Source of the DNA: a bacterium
Lineage (GTDB): Bacteria; UBA8248; JACPRG01; G963555815
Direction: 5' to 3'
NCBI GenBank assembly: GCA_965218795.1
Contig: OZ244653.1
Coordinates: forward strand, 4,992,001 to 5,056,000
Length of the DNA stretch: 64,000 bases
Shown here piece by piece: positions 10,041 to 20,094 of the stretch. Within the stretch, counting starts at the first letter, position 1; each line of letters opens with the position of its first letter. The translations under genes were made by a program, and so were the position numbers. The notes under the pieces are model-generated. The model worked only from the letters and a program-made list of their open reading frames with translations. It was not told the DNA's origin and did no database searches.

Positions 10041-10157
10041 TCAAAGCCCGTCCACCGGACTGCGAAGGCCAGACAGGCCGTGGTTGGGAGGACATGAGTA
10101 TAGATCATCGTCGTTTTAGCATCCTTGTGGCCGAGAAGCTCTTGGACCGTTCGAATG
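10041..10157 (-). pseudogene. intI: Integron integrase C-terminal remnant
   Basis: '[23 protein letters not shown]' then a frameshift to '[14 protein letters not shown]'. Confidence 0.7.
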
Positions 10158-10162
10158 CGTAG

Positions 10163-10448
10163 GGGGTCAGGTCTTGAAACGTGCGCTGGTTTGTTCGGAA
10201 AATTCGAGTCTGACCCCAAATCCGCACAGGAGGATATCCGTCCGGGCGTTCCCCCGGGCGGTGATGTGGTACTGCCCACTCCAAAATTTCGGCCGGAGTG
10301 GACGAGACATGGGAAAAGCCCATCCGTAGGGAAAGTATGGAGCAAAAATCTGAGGTCAGTGACCTTTTGGGCTCAGGCAAGGGTCGGCCTTAGCAATCCG
10401 AGCATCCAAGTCACGCGAGCACAATCTGAAAATTCAAGCCCTGACCCC
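10163..10448. repeat. Inverted-repeat-bounded small element (REP/MITE-like)
   Basis: GGGGTCAGGTCTTGAA (10163) vs TTCAAGCCCTGACCCC (10433), 15/16 complementary; extra CTGACCCC at 10210. Confidence 0.55.
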
Positions 10449-10699
10449 ATTTCGTGCGAGGAGCGATTCAAGAAATTCGACAAATTTCCGAACGGACTGC
10501 GGTCCATCATCCGTCAAAGGGAAACATTCAGACAGTTGACTGCGTGTAGCATTTGACTATTTAATGAGCCCTGTTCACCCTGAAATGAGACCCAGTGAAT
10601 CCCGAAAGGAGGATTCTTTCCCGCCTGCATCGAACCTGTGGTTGGCTACAATTCATTCCATCGAGAAAAAGCCATCTTGCGATGGGGGGAGGAAAAGAG

Positions 10700-11695
10700 A
10701 TGAGTAAACTCGGAAGAACGGTGGGTTTGTGTCTCTTGGCATTCGCTCTCTTGATTTTCGGCTCGTACACGCACGTACAGGCTCAGGCGGCCGATAAAGC
10801 CAGCCTGCGGCTGAGTTGGCTTATCGTGGCCAACTTTGCACCCTTCTTCATGGGTGTAGATAAAGGTTTCTACAAATCAGAGGGCATTGACCTGACAATC
10901 CATGAAGGAAAGGGTTCCTCCCTTGCGGCCCAGATGGTGGCACAGAAAAAGAACACCTTTGGGGTGTCCGACGCCGGGGTCATGATCAAATCCATCGAGA
11001 ACGGGCTTCCGATTAAGATGGTATGGTGCCACACCCAGACCAACCCCATGTCCGTTCTCTCAAGCGCGGCGAAGGGGATCCGGGCGCCCAAGGATCTAGT
11101 TGGAAAGAAAATTGCCGGTTCGGCTCGCTCTTCCATGACCCTCCTGTTTCGCCCAATGCTGAAGCGGAACAACATTGATACTTCCAAAGTAGAGGTCTTC
11201 AACAGCAGTCCGCCTTTCCACCCATTGGTTCTCAGCGGAAAGGTCGACGCCATGCTAGGGTACTGGCCCGACAATGTCCCGAAATTCGAGGAATTCGGCC
11301 TCAAAGTGAATGTGGTCAAATACGCCGATTGGGGCCTAAACACGCTGAGCAACGGGCTCACGGCCCATCTTGACACCATCGCCAAGCAGCCTGACCTTGT
11401 GCGCCGATTTGTTCGGGCTTCCGCTCGGTCCTGGGAGTATGCCCAAACGCACATTCAGGAGGCCATAGACAGCCAGATGTCCCGGATGGCGAAGGGAAAG
11501 CGCTCCACCCAAGTCCAGACTCTCAAGAACACGATGCAGGGGCTGCACACAAAGAACTCCAAAGGGAAACCTCTCGGTTGGATGTCGCCTAAGGACTGGA
11601 AGGAGACCGTGGACACCCTTCACGGGACTGGGCTCATCAAGACACGAAGCCCCATCGATCGGTACTATACCAACCAGTTTGTTCCAAGCAGTTAA
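10700..11695 (+). CDS. ABC substrate-binding protein, NMT1/THI5-like
   Basis: Signal peptide; 'LRLSW..FAPFFMGVDKGFYKSEGIDL', 'PKDLVGKKI', 'PDLVRRFVRA'. Confidence 0.9.
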   Translation: MSKLGRTVGLCLLAFALLIFGSYTHVQAQAADKASLRLSWLIVANFAPFFMGVDKGFYKSEGIDLTIHEGKGSSLAAQMVAQKKNTFGVSDAGVMIKSIENGLPIKMVWCHTQTNPMSVLSSAAKGIRAPKDLVGKKIAGSARSSMTLLFRPMLKRNNIDTSKVEVFNSSPPFHPLVLSGKVDAMLGYWPDNVPKFEEFGLKVNVVKYADWGLNTLSNGLTAHLDTIAKQPDLVRRFVRASARSWEYAQTHIQEAIDSQMSRMAKGKRSTQVQTLKNTMQGLHTKNSKGKPLGWMSPKDWKETVDTLHGTGLIKTRSPIDRYYTNQFVPSS

Positions 11696-11711
11696 GAATC
11701 AAAGACAAAAA

Positions 11712-11765
11712 CGCCGGTAGGATATGGTTCGCACCTCAAGCCAGTTCTACCGGCGGTCTTCTTTG
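11712..11765 (+). terminator. Stem-loop/terminator after SBP gene
   Basis: CGCCGGTAG...CTACCGGCG followed by T-rich tract. Confidence 0.45.
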
Positions 11766-11968
11766 GCTTCAGGAAAGAGGTGTTCGGGTCGTGGCGCGAG
11801 GGGGCGAGCGCCTCGGCCGTTCGGCGGCAGTGAGAGTCGAAACCGGGGCGAGTACCGTTAGCCTTCGTCTCTCCCTGCTGAAGTCAACTCGAAACCGCCC
11901 GGGCTCATCCTTCTAACAGACCTCCTTCAAAGGCTTCCTGGGTATTCTCTTCAAGGAAAGAAGCCAAC

Positions 11969-13561
11969 ATGGGAAATCATTACCGGACGGGGCGCTCGGT
12001 CGTCTTCGGCAAAAGAGGGATGGTGGCGACCAGCCAAGTTAGCTCTACGCTGGCCGGTCTGGACGTCTTAAGGGAAGGGGGAAACGCCGTCGACGCCGCG
12101 GTGGCCGCTGCCGCCGTGCTGCACGTGGTCGAACCCTACAATACCGGTCTCGGCGGCGACATGTTCGCCCAGATTTGGTGGGCCAAGACAGGGGAGCTCA
12201 AGGGCTTGAATGGGAGCGGACGGGCCCCCGCGGCGGCAACCGTTGACGCACTTCGCCACCTCGGCCACTGCCAGATGCCGACCGAACACGTCCATGCCAT
12301 CACAACGCCGGGGGCACTCGACGGTTGGGTCACCCTCCTGGAGAGCTATGGCCGGATGGACCTCCCTCGGCTATTGTCTCCGGCTATTCGTGTTGCGGAG
12401 GAAGGGTTTGTCGTCCCCCCCGTCGTCAGCCAGGAGTGGGATGCATCGGCCAAAAAAATCTCTGTGGACTCCGACGCCGCCAGCCATTACCTCCTCGATG
12501 GCCGTGCGCCGCGCGTGGGGGAGATCTTTCGGAACCCGGCCCTGGGCCGTACGCTCCGGACCGTTGCAGAAGGAAGCAGAGAGGTCCTCTACCATGGGGA
12601 ACTGGGCGAGAAGCTTGTGCGGGCGATCGAGGTGAAAGGCGGTCTCTTGTCGATGGAGGACCTTGCGGCTCACCGCTCGGACTGGGTCGAACCCATTCGG
12701 ACGACCTTTCACGGATACGAGGTCTTGGAGCTTCCACCCAACGGCCAGGGCATTACGGTGCTCATGGCCCTGAACATCTTGGAGGAGATTGAGCTGTCCA
12801 CGCTGGAGCACAACTCCCCGGATTACTGCCACTTCGTCCTGGAGGCGATGAAACTGGCCTTCGCGGATTGCCGTTACCACGTCACGGACCCCGAGGCGGA
12901 GGCGATTCCCACCCAGCGCCTTCTCTCCAAGGCCTACGCGGCCGAACGGCGGGGTCTCATCGACTCCCGGCGTGCGCTGCCGGACGTCACTCCCGGCGGC
13001 TTTTCCTCAGGTGACACCGTTTACCTGGCAACGGCCGACTCCGATGGAAACATGGTCTCTTTCATCAACAGCCTTTTCTACCATTTCGGATCGGGCATAT
13101 GCGCCGGCGACACCGGCCTGCTGATGCAGAACCGAGGTGCGGGGTTCGTCCTGGACGAACGCCATCCCAACTGCCTGAAGCCTCACAAGCGGCCTCTTCA
13201 CACAATCATTCCCGCGTGCTTGATGAAGGACGCCAGACCCCATATGGTCTTCGGCGTCGTAGGAGGCGACATGCAGCCACAGGGCCACGTCCAGCTTCTC
13301 TTGAACTACCTGGTGTTCGGGATGGACATTCAGGAGGCCATTGAGGCGCCTCGAATTCGTATCACTGCGGGAGGTGAGGTCTGGCTGGAAGATCGGATCC
13401 CGAGTGCGGTGGCCGAGGATCTCACCCGGCGGGGGCATCATGCGAATCGGATGCACGCGCTTGAGTTCGGAGGTGCGCAAGCCATTGCCCGGGAAAATCA
13501 AGCCGCCATTTATGCAGGAGCTTCGGAGTCCCGGAAGGACGGGTGCGCCCTGGGATACTAG
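11969..13561 (+). CDS. ggt: Gamma-glutamyltransferase family protein
   Basis: GGNAVDAA, GLGGD, autoproteolysis site 'GDTVY', KRPLHT, GGDMQPQG. Confidence 0.92.
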   Translation: MGNHYRTGRSVVFGKRGMVATSQVSSTLAGLDVLREGGNAVDAAVAAAAVLHVVEPYNTGLGGDMFAQIWWAKTGELKGLNGSGRAPAAATVDALRHLGHCQMPTEHVHAITTPGALDGWVTLLESYGRMDLPRLLSPAIRVAEEGFVVPPVVSQEWDASAKKISVDSDAASHYLLDGRAPRVGEIFRNPALGRTLRTVAEGSREVLYHGELGEKLVRAIEVKGGLLSMEDLAAHRSDWVEPIRTTFHGYEVLELPPNGQGITVLMALNILEEIELSTLEHNSPDYCHFVLEAMKLAFADCRYHVTDPEAEAIPTQRLLSKAYAAERRGLIDSRRALPDVTPGGFSSGDTVYLATADSDGNMVSFINSLFYHFGSGICAGDTGLLMQNRGAGFVLDERHPNCLKPHKRPLHTIIPACLMKDARPHMVFGVVGGDMQPQGHVQLLLNYLVFGMDIQEAIEAPRIRITAGGEVWLEDRIPSAVAEDLTRRGHHANRMHALEFGGAQAIARENQAAIYAGASESRKDGCALGY

Positions 13562-13797
13562 ACCCGAGTGGAGAACAGGACTGACCGAGCGTGGGAGCTT
13601 GGGAAGTTCCGTTCACTCCGGGACCTTCCGTATCGATCGATACGCTCGAACTTGTGGGTTGGTCAGCCTTGGCCTGGAGAAGATTCTTGGACGGGCACAA
13701 GTAAGGTCAGGTTCTGAAGATTCCGTCTTCCGTCCAAGGTCCGATGACCACCGCTCTTTCCCCCTTTCCCCGAATCCCTTCCAGCGGCTCTACCGAT

Positions 13798-14568
13798 TCA
13801 GTCGATCCGCCCCTCCGCCTGCATGTATTCGCGGATTTGGCCGACGGATTGAGTAAAATCTGAAGTCTCCATGGTCTTTAACCCTCGCGGCCTTTCAAAG
13901 CTGATCGGGATGTCGGCGAGGACTCGGCCGGGGCGGTCGGAGAAGACGATGACCCTGTCCGAGAGGAAAACAGCTTCGGGGATGCTGTGGGTGATGAAAA
14001 GGACGGTTTTCCGACTCTTACCCCAAATGCGCATCAACTCAAGGTTCATCTGCTCCCGGGTCAAAGCGTCGAGAGCTCCGAACGGTTCGTCCATCAAGAG
14101 AAGCGTGGGATCATGGATGAGGGCCCGACAGATGGCCACTCGCTGCTGCATCCCTCCCGATAGTTGGTGTGGATACCGATTCTCAAATCCCTCAATCCCG
14201 ACCAGTTCCAGAAGTTCCATCGCGCGTTTCCAATGGACTTCCATATCCAGGCCGCGGATTTCTGCTTGGAGCAGAATATTTTTTACCACCGTCCGCCAGC
14301 TCATGAGCAGGTGGTTCTGGAACACGATGCCGATGTCGGAGTGAGGACCCTGGACAGGCTTCTCATTGACCATGACCAGCCCCCGGGTCGGGGAATAAAG
14401 GCCTGCCACGATTTTTAGAAGCGTACTCTTGCCACACCCACTCGGTCCCACGATGGAAACGAACTCTCCCTCACAAACGTGAAGACTTACACCTTCCAGA
14501 GCGTGGATGAGATCCCCGTCAGAAGCGTAGATCTTCCGTAGGTTATGGATCTCGATGATGTTCTTCAT
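13798..14568 (-). CDS. ABC ATP-binding protein (NitT/TauB-like)
   Basis: GPSGCGKST, LSGGMQQR, LLMDEPFGALD. Confidence 0.92.
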   Translation of the reverse strand: MKNIIEIHNLRKIYASDGDLIHALEGVSLHVCEGEFVSIVGPSGCGKSTLLKIVAGLYSPTRGLVMVNEKPVQGPHSDIGIVFQNHLLMSWRTVVKNILLQAEIRGLDMEVHWKRAMELLELVGIEGFENRYPHQLSGGMQQRVAICRALIHDPTLLLMDEPFGALDALTREQMNLELMRIWGKSRKTVLFITHSIPEAVFLSDRVIVFSDRPGRVLADIPISFERPRGLKTMETSDFTQSVGQIREYMQAEGRID

Positions 14569-14600
14569 CCTGTCCCGCTCATTCGCCTGTCCCCGAATCC

Positions 14601-15476
14601 CTAGTAGGTATATTCCTGGCGCCCCTCCTGGCCCTTCACGGCGGCGTGCCAAGGAATGAAGAGAGGCTCTAAAAGGGAGACGACTCCGTAGAGGCCGAAT
14701 CCGATACAGGCAAGTATGATGAGGAGAGCGAACAATAATGGGGTATCGACGTTTCCGTTGGCGACTAGAACCAGATAGCCTAAGCCACTGTTCGAGCCTA
14801 CGAACTCTCCCACAATGGCACCAATGACCGAGAGAGTGATGGAGACTTTGAGGCCGCTGAAGAGAAAGGGAAGCGACGTGGGTACCCGGGCCTTGAAAAA
14901 AACTTGGAGCTTCGTGGCCGACATCGATCGCACGAGTTCCAGCATTTCGGTCTCCACAGATTTGAGTCCTGTGGCCATCGAAATCACGATTGGAAAGAAG
15001 CAGATGAGAAAGGCCACAACGACCTTGGGTAGGATGCCGAAGCCGAACCAAAGCAGAAAAAGTGGGGCGATTGCCACTTTAGGCATCGTTTGGGAAAAGA
15101 TTAACAGAGGCATCAGGGCTCGGCCCACCGGCTCCGACCAAACGATTAGGAGGGCGCACGGCACCCCAATCGCCACCCCGAGTAAAAAGCCTGCGACTGC
15201 CTCATACGTCGTCACCCAGCCGTGTCGCAACAACAAGTGATACTGTTGGAAAATCTCGACCAGGATACGCTCAGGACTGGGAAGAATGTAGTGGGGCATG
15301 TTCAGGAGGTAGATAATGGCGTACCAAGCAGCGACTCCCCCGATGATGGCCAAGAGAGGATAGAGCATTCCCGAGAATCTCCGCCCAGAGCGAACGGTCG
15401 CCCTGATGCGGGTCATGTCTTCCTCAAGGTCCGGAAGACTCCGCGGAATAGATTGCGTGTCCTCCCCCTGGGTCAT
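14601..15476 (-). CDS. ABC permease (NitT/TauC-like)
   Basis: 'QTMPKVAIAPL', 'GAIVGEFVGSNSGLG'; start uncertain. Confidence 0.9.
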   Translation of the reverse strand: MTQGEDTQSIPRSLPDLEEDMTRIRATVRSGRRFSGMLYPLLAIIGGVAAWYAIIYLLNMPHYILPSPERILVEIFQQYHLLLRHGWVTTYEAVAGFLLGVAIGVPCALLIVWSEPVGRALMPLLIFSQTMPKVAIAPLFLLWFGFGILPKVVVAFLICFFPIVISMATGLKSVETEMLELVRSMSATKLQVFFKARVPTSLPFLFSGLKVSITLSVIGAIVGEFVGSNSGLGYLVLVANGNVDTPLLFALLIILACIGFGLYGVVSLLEPLFIPWHAAVKGQEGRQEYTY

Positions 15477-15810
15477 GTCCCCGTTCCCTCCATCGGATTT
15501 CCCGTTGGCTCGGCTCGGCTTGCTATTCTCTCTGGGAAAGAGAATTTTCTGCACTTCGCCCGGAAGCCTTACTCCTCAACCCGAATCTTGCAGCACCGGC
15601 ATGAAACGCGACGTGTCGTCATCTCGTGCCCTGTCCTGCGCATTTTGGACCACCGGGAGGGCCATTCTCCGTTAATAACTTCCTGTCTTTTGAATCCAGG
15701 GAAGACTCTGACTGTTTCGATGGCGTCCACTCTACGTCAACCCCAAATCAGGCGCAACGGATCACGTTGAAGGATGGAATGGAGGTTTCTCCACTGCCAG
15801 CCGTCACGGA

Positions 15811-17009
15811 TTACCTGCTCAATAGATCCAGCGCCAATGTGCAATAGATCTTGATGGTATTGATGTAGTCCTCGATGCTCTGGTGCTCGTTCGGACCGCT
15901 ATCAAAGCTTTTGATACAGAATTTGGCCGTAGGGATGCCTGCGTTGATGCGAAGGAAACGGCCATCGCTCGTGCTGTTGACACCGCCAATCCCAATAGGC
16001 TTGCCCATGACCTCTTCAAAGGCCCGCTGCAGGGCCTTGACGATGGGCTCTTCCGGCTCGATGCTCGACGGTGTTCCCTCGATATGGACGGAAATCTCCG
16101 AGCGGAAGTTCGGATCTTCGGCATGGAGACGGTCGAGCAGCCGCTGCACGTCCGCCAGGACCAGTTCCGTCGTCTGCCCCGGCAGGGTCCGGCAATCCGA
16201 ACGGATCACGCAGCGGTCCGCACAGATGGTGTCCGAGAATCCGGCATTGATCCGGTTCACGCTGAGCAAGGGTCCCCCTGGAATGTAATCGTGGGGCCGC
16301 CATCCGGTGAACTCCAAATCGCAGAACCCTCGACGACCTTCAGGGCTTGATAAATGGCATTGATACCCAGATGCTGCCGCGATGTGTGGGCTCCGAGGCC
16401 AAAGACGGTTACGTCGAAGATGACAATACCGCGATGCGCGATCTCCACCTTTACGGGCCGATCAGACTCTGTATAGACGCCGAAGTCGGCCTCGATCATA
16501 CGCTGGTCGACCATGACCTGAATCCCTTTGCAGCCGAACTGCAGCTCGTCCGCTGTCTGGGTCAAAAGGATATCCCCCCGCAATCGGATGTCGCACGCTT
16601 GAAGGGTTTTGACTGTAAACATGGCGGCCGCAAGACCGACCTTCATATTGTTGGACCCGATCCCCCAGACATGACCATCGTGGATCTCCCCGGAAAGCGG
16701 CGGATGCTTCCAGTTCTCTTCATCGCCGGGATGGACGGTATCCAAATGCGAGTTGAACAAAAGGACGGGTTTGCCGTCAGTTCCGCCCCACCGTCCCCGA
16801 TTGCTCACTCGCAAGGGATAGGGCTCGATCTGGTCCACCTCCATGCCGAGCTTCCGCATGTAGTCCGCACAGTAATCGGCGATCTCTTTTTCGTTTCCCG
16901 GCGGATTGTAGCTGGGAATTCGCACCAGATCCCGGAACAGGCCGACGGCCTCATCGACCGACTCATCCACCATTCGCCGCACCATTTCTTTGACTTCAGA
17001 CCCTGGCAT
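15811..17009 (-). pseudogene. M20 metallopeptidase (ArgE/DapE-like), frameshifted near 16320-16335
   Basis: 5' ORF has NSHLDTV and ADE; 3' ORF 15811-16317 has DCRT, TSDGRF, PNEH; the two ORFs overlap in different frames. Confidence 0.75.
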
Positions 17010-17204
17010 ATCAAACGCCCTTCGTCGAAGTGTCAAAGCCTCCAAACGGATATTGGAGACCGTCTATTTGCAGAACCTTTCTCGACAGCGAGAAGGTCCT
17101 TGAACGGAGCCTTCCACCAAATTTGCCGAATTTTCAGAATTGATGCAAGGAGAGTGACCTGATGAGTTTTGCCGAATTTCGAGTCGGATTCTGGCGAAAA
17201 CAAA

Positions 17205-17266
17205 AAGGGGTTACAGCAATCGCCGTAACCCCTTGAACCTTTTGGTAGCGGGGTACTATTTGAACC
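17205..17266 (-). other. tRNA 3'-end-like fragment plus terminator hairpin (possible att scar)
   Basis: Minus strand GGTTCAAATAGTACCCCGCTACCA followed by AAGGGGTTAC...GTAACCCCTTTTT. Confidence 0.45.
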
Positions 17267-17317
17267 GACGTCCACCTGGACGAGATCCCAGGGGTAGGGA
17301 GTCTGGTCTTTAGAGCA

Positions 17318-17526
17318 AAAAGGGGACGGATTTATTTTTCATCAAGAGTATGCTGTTTCTTGGGTCGGGTTTGTCCTTGTAGGTAAATGCGTTTGCCAAT
17401 CTTGACTGCGACTTCCTCTATTACAAATCCAGTGCTCCCGGTGAGTTGTCCACGCTGTACCGCTTGTCGGATGAGCGTCCATTCCGTCTCCGGCACGGCG
17501 TCTGAAAAATAAATCGGTCCCCTTTT
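17318..17526. mobile_element. 209-bp IR-bounded miniature element carrying a RAYT-like transposase tail
   Basis: 24-bp inverted repeats AAAAGGGGAC(G/C)GATTTATTTTTCA (23/24); inner text 'WTLIRQAVQRGQLTGSTGF..GQTRPKK'. Confidence 0.6.
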
Positions 17527-17544
17527 CCTTTCGCCCCTCCTTCC

Positions 17545-17571
17545 TGGATTCCTGCTTGCGCAGGAATGACA
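17545..17571. repeat. Palindromic REP-like repeat (GGATTCCTGCTTGCGCAGGAATGAC)
   Basis: Hairpin; related copies near 9290 and 50903. Confidence 0.55.
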
Positions 17572-17873
17572 AACGAGGCCCGCGTCCCCGGTTGCCTTAT
17601 ACAACCCGATCCAGCCCAGGTGCTTCTTCTGATCCGCATCCATTCCTCATCTTACGAGATGAAACCATGTATACGAACCCCACAGATGAGACGCCTGACG
17701 ACCTCGCGACCGGGCGGCGTCGCGGGCCTGTGCTTTGTTCAGTCCGGGACGTGAATATACCGCCGCGGCCGCTGGCGTTCCGGGCGGCGAAGGAGCCCAG
17801 CCGCCGAGAGGTGCCTTTTTCGTCAGGAAGGGTAAACGCGAAGGAGCGTAAACCAGCGAATCGCAATGACCTG

Positions 17874-17913
17874 AAGAAAGACCCCGCGGACACTTCACTG
17901 CGGGGTCTTTCTT
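17874..17913. terminator. Intrinsic terminator after aminotransferase gene
   Basis: AAGAAAGACCCCGC...GCGGGGTCTTTCTT perfect 14-bp inverted repeat. Confidence 0.75.
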
Positions 17914-17959
17914 GTTGCTGACTCGTTCCAAGAGGGAAAGCGTGCGGAGTCCCGGCCCT

Positions 17960-19168
17960 TTACCCTCCCATCTCACCCACGACCTTGGCCGTGCGCTCAA
18001 TGGCCTTTTCCAATTGCTCCATGGATTGCGCGAAGCACAGGCGGAGATAACCCTCTCCGTCGGGTCCGAATCCGTTGCCGGGGACGGTCGCGACGCCGCC
18101 CTGTTCAAGCAGGGTCTTGGCGAACTCCATCGAATGGAGTCCCGTTCCCTCGATGTTCGGGAAAAGGTAAAAAGCGCCCTTCGGGTTCGGGCAGCGAATG
18201 CCCGATAATTCGTTCAGGTTTTTCACCATGAAATCCCGTCGCTGGCGGTAGGATTCGACCATTTCCTGAATGACGCTGTCCTGTTGTTCGCCATAGGCCG
18301 TGACACAGGCCCACTGGGCCATGGAAGTCGGGTGGGTGTTCGTATATAGATTGAGCTTTGTCATTTCGGTGATGATGTCCGGCGGACCGGCCGCAAAACC
18401 GATCCGCCAACCCGTCATCGCAAAGGTTTTCGATGCCGCGTTGATCGTGATGGTCCGCTCCGCCATCCCCGGCAGAGCCGCCGGGCTGATGTGGTCACCC
18501 TCATAGAGGATCCACTCGTATACCTCATCCGAGAACAGGAGGATGTCCTTTTCCTGAACCAGCTCACAGATAGCATCCAGGCTGGACCGATCGATGACCC
18601 CGCCTGTCGGATTGCTGGGTGAATTGATAAGGAGAATTTTGGTCTTGTCCGTCATGAAGGGTTCTATGGCTTCCCGGGTCGCCATGAAATCGTTTTCCTC
18701 CTTCAACGGGTAATACACCGGCTCGCCGCCCGCCAAATGAACAATCGATGTATATTGCGGCCACCCGGGAGAAGGCAGCAGGACCTCGTCGCCGGAATTG
18801 ATAGTCGCCTGGACGCCTTCGTAAAGCGCGCCCGTTCCCCCCGGGGTGACGACCACCTGGTTGTCGGGGTCCACCAGGATGCCGTTTTCCTTATGAAGCT
18901 TGTCGGCCAATGCCTTGCGGAGCTCCGGGATTCCTCCGAAGGACGTGTAATGAGTGAACCCATCGTCCAGGGCGGTCTTGCATGCGTCCACGATATAAGC
19001 CGGCGTATCGAAATCGGGCTCTCCGACCTCCAGTCGAACGACATCCTTCATCTTTGCGGCGATTTCAAAGATTTCACGGATGGGGGAGACCCCGAGCAGT
19101 TGTACCCGATCGGAAAGAAAGGAGCGGCCTGTCACGAATTGCGCCTCCTTAAGGGGTTGGGAAATCAC
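17960..19168 (-). CDS. PLP-dependent class I/II (aspartate-type) aminotransferase
   Basis: GEPDF, NSPSNPTG, DEVY, SKTFAMTGWRIG. Confidence 0.93.
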   Translation of the reverse strand: MISQPLKEAQFVTGRSFLSDRVQLLGVSPIREIFEIAAKMKDVVRLEVGEPDFDTPAYIVDACKTALDDGFTHYTSFGGIPELRKALADKLHKENGILVDPDNQVVVTPGGTGALYEGVQATINSGDEVLLPSPGWPQYTSIVHLAGGEPVYYPLKEENDFMATREAIEPFMTDKTKILLINSPSNPTGGVIDRSSLDAICELVQEKDILLFSDEVYEWILYEGDHISPAALPGMAERTITINAASKTFAMTGWRIGFAAGPPDIITEMTKLNLYTNTHPTSMAQWACVTAYGEQQDSVIQEMVESYRQRRDFMVKNLNELSGIRCPNPKGAFYLFPNIEGTGLHSMEFAKTLLEQGGVATVPGNGFGPDGEGYLRLCFAQSMEQLEKAIERTAKVVGEMGG

Positions 19169-19256
19169 AGGGCGTGAAAGTTCGTGATTATAGCAGGGGA
19201 ATTCCTTTCAGCGTAGGACCCGGGGATCCCAACCCCAGGTTTCGACAAATCAATCA

Positions 19257-19286
19257 TTGACAGCGATGAACCGAGCAGGATACATT
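19257..19286 (+). promoter_or_regulatory. Sigma70-type promoter for scpA operon
   Basis: TTGACA-18nt-TACATT. Confidence 0.45.
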
Positions 19287-19361
19287 TCACTCATTGGGGT
19301 TGATGGCGCCCCCGGCCCCGGTCCCATCGGAGTTGCCGGTTGACCTGATTCAAGAGGACGA

Positions 19362-20093
19362 ATGACCTACAAAGTCCGCCTGGAAATCTTCGAGGGCCCC
19401 CTCGACCTTCTCCTGCATCTGATTCGGGAAAACCAGGTCAACGTCTACGATATTCCTATCGCCGCCATTACCGACCAATACCTCGAGTATCTGGACTTCA
19501 TGAAAGTGCTCAACATCGATGTGGCGGGAGAATACCTTGTCATTGCGGCGACTCTCACGCAGATCAAGTCGCGCATGCTCCTTCACCGGTCGGAAGAAGA
19601 TGAGGGTGAGGATGAGGATCCCCGTCAAGAGCTCGTGGACCGACTGCTTGAGTACCAGCGGTACAGGGAAGTAGCCGAAAACCTCCGGGACCGCGAAGGA
19701 GAGCATGCGGGGATCTTCCGTCGCGCATTGACGGAGGCATCGATTGAGGTCCCCGACGAACCCCCCGCTGAAGACGCGTTTTTGGAACAAGTCAGCATCT
19801 TTGACCTGCTCAAAGCCTTCGAGCGGATATTGGGCCAGATTGGAGACATCGGCCGCCACGAGATTGAAGTGGACGAAATGGAACTGGCTGAACGGCTGAC
19901 GTTCGTCATGAAACGGGTCCGGTCCGAAGGCGCCGAGTTCACACAAATGTTCGAAGGCGGGACCCGCCGGATTGAGTTGGTGGCAACGTTTCTGGCCATC
20001 CTCGAACTCATCCGGCAGCGGCAGATTCGGGTGCAGCAGAGCGCTATCCACGGCGCCATCTTTATCTATCCAACCGGGATGGAACGGGGGTGA
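19362..20093 (+). CDS. scpA: Segregation/condensation protein A
   Basis: FEGPLDLLLHLI, DPRQELVDRLLEY, FLAILEL. Confidence 0.95.
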   Translation: MTYKVRLEIFEGPLDLLLHLIRENQVNVYDIPIAAITDQYLEYLDFMKVLNIDVAGEYLVIAATLTQIKSRMLLHRSEEDEGEDEDPRQELVDRLLEYQRYREVAENLRDREGEHAGIFRRALTEASIEVPDEPPAEDAFLEQVSIFDLLKAFERILGQIGDIGRHEIEVDEMELAERLTFVMKRVRSEGAEFTQMFEGGTRRIELVATFLAILELIRQRQIRVQQSAIHGAIFIYPTGMERG

Positions 20094-20094
20094 G

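Noticed and set aside
11765-11965. GC-rich, possibly structured spacer before ggt
   Set aside because: No recognisable RNA motif
17740-17870. Repeated GCGAAGGAGC resembling a glycine riboswitch core
   Set aside because: No GGAGA or CUCAGG elements and no downstream gene on that strand
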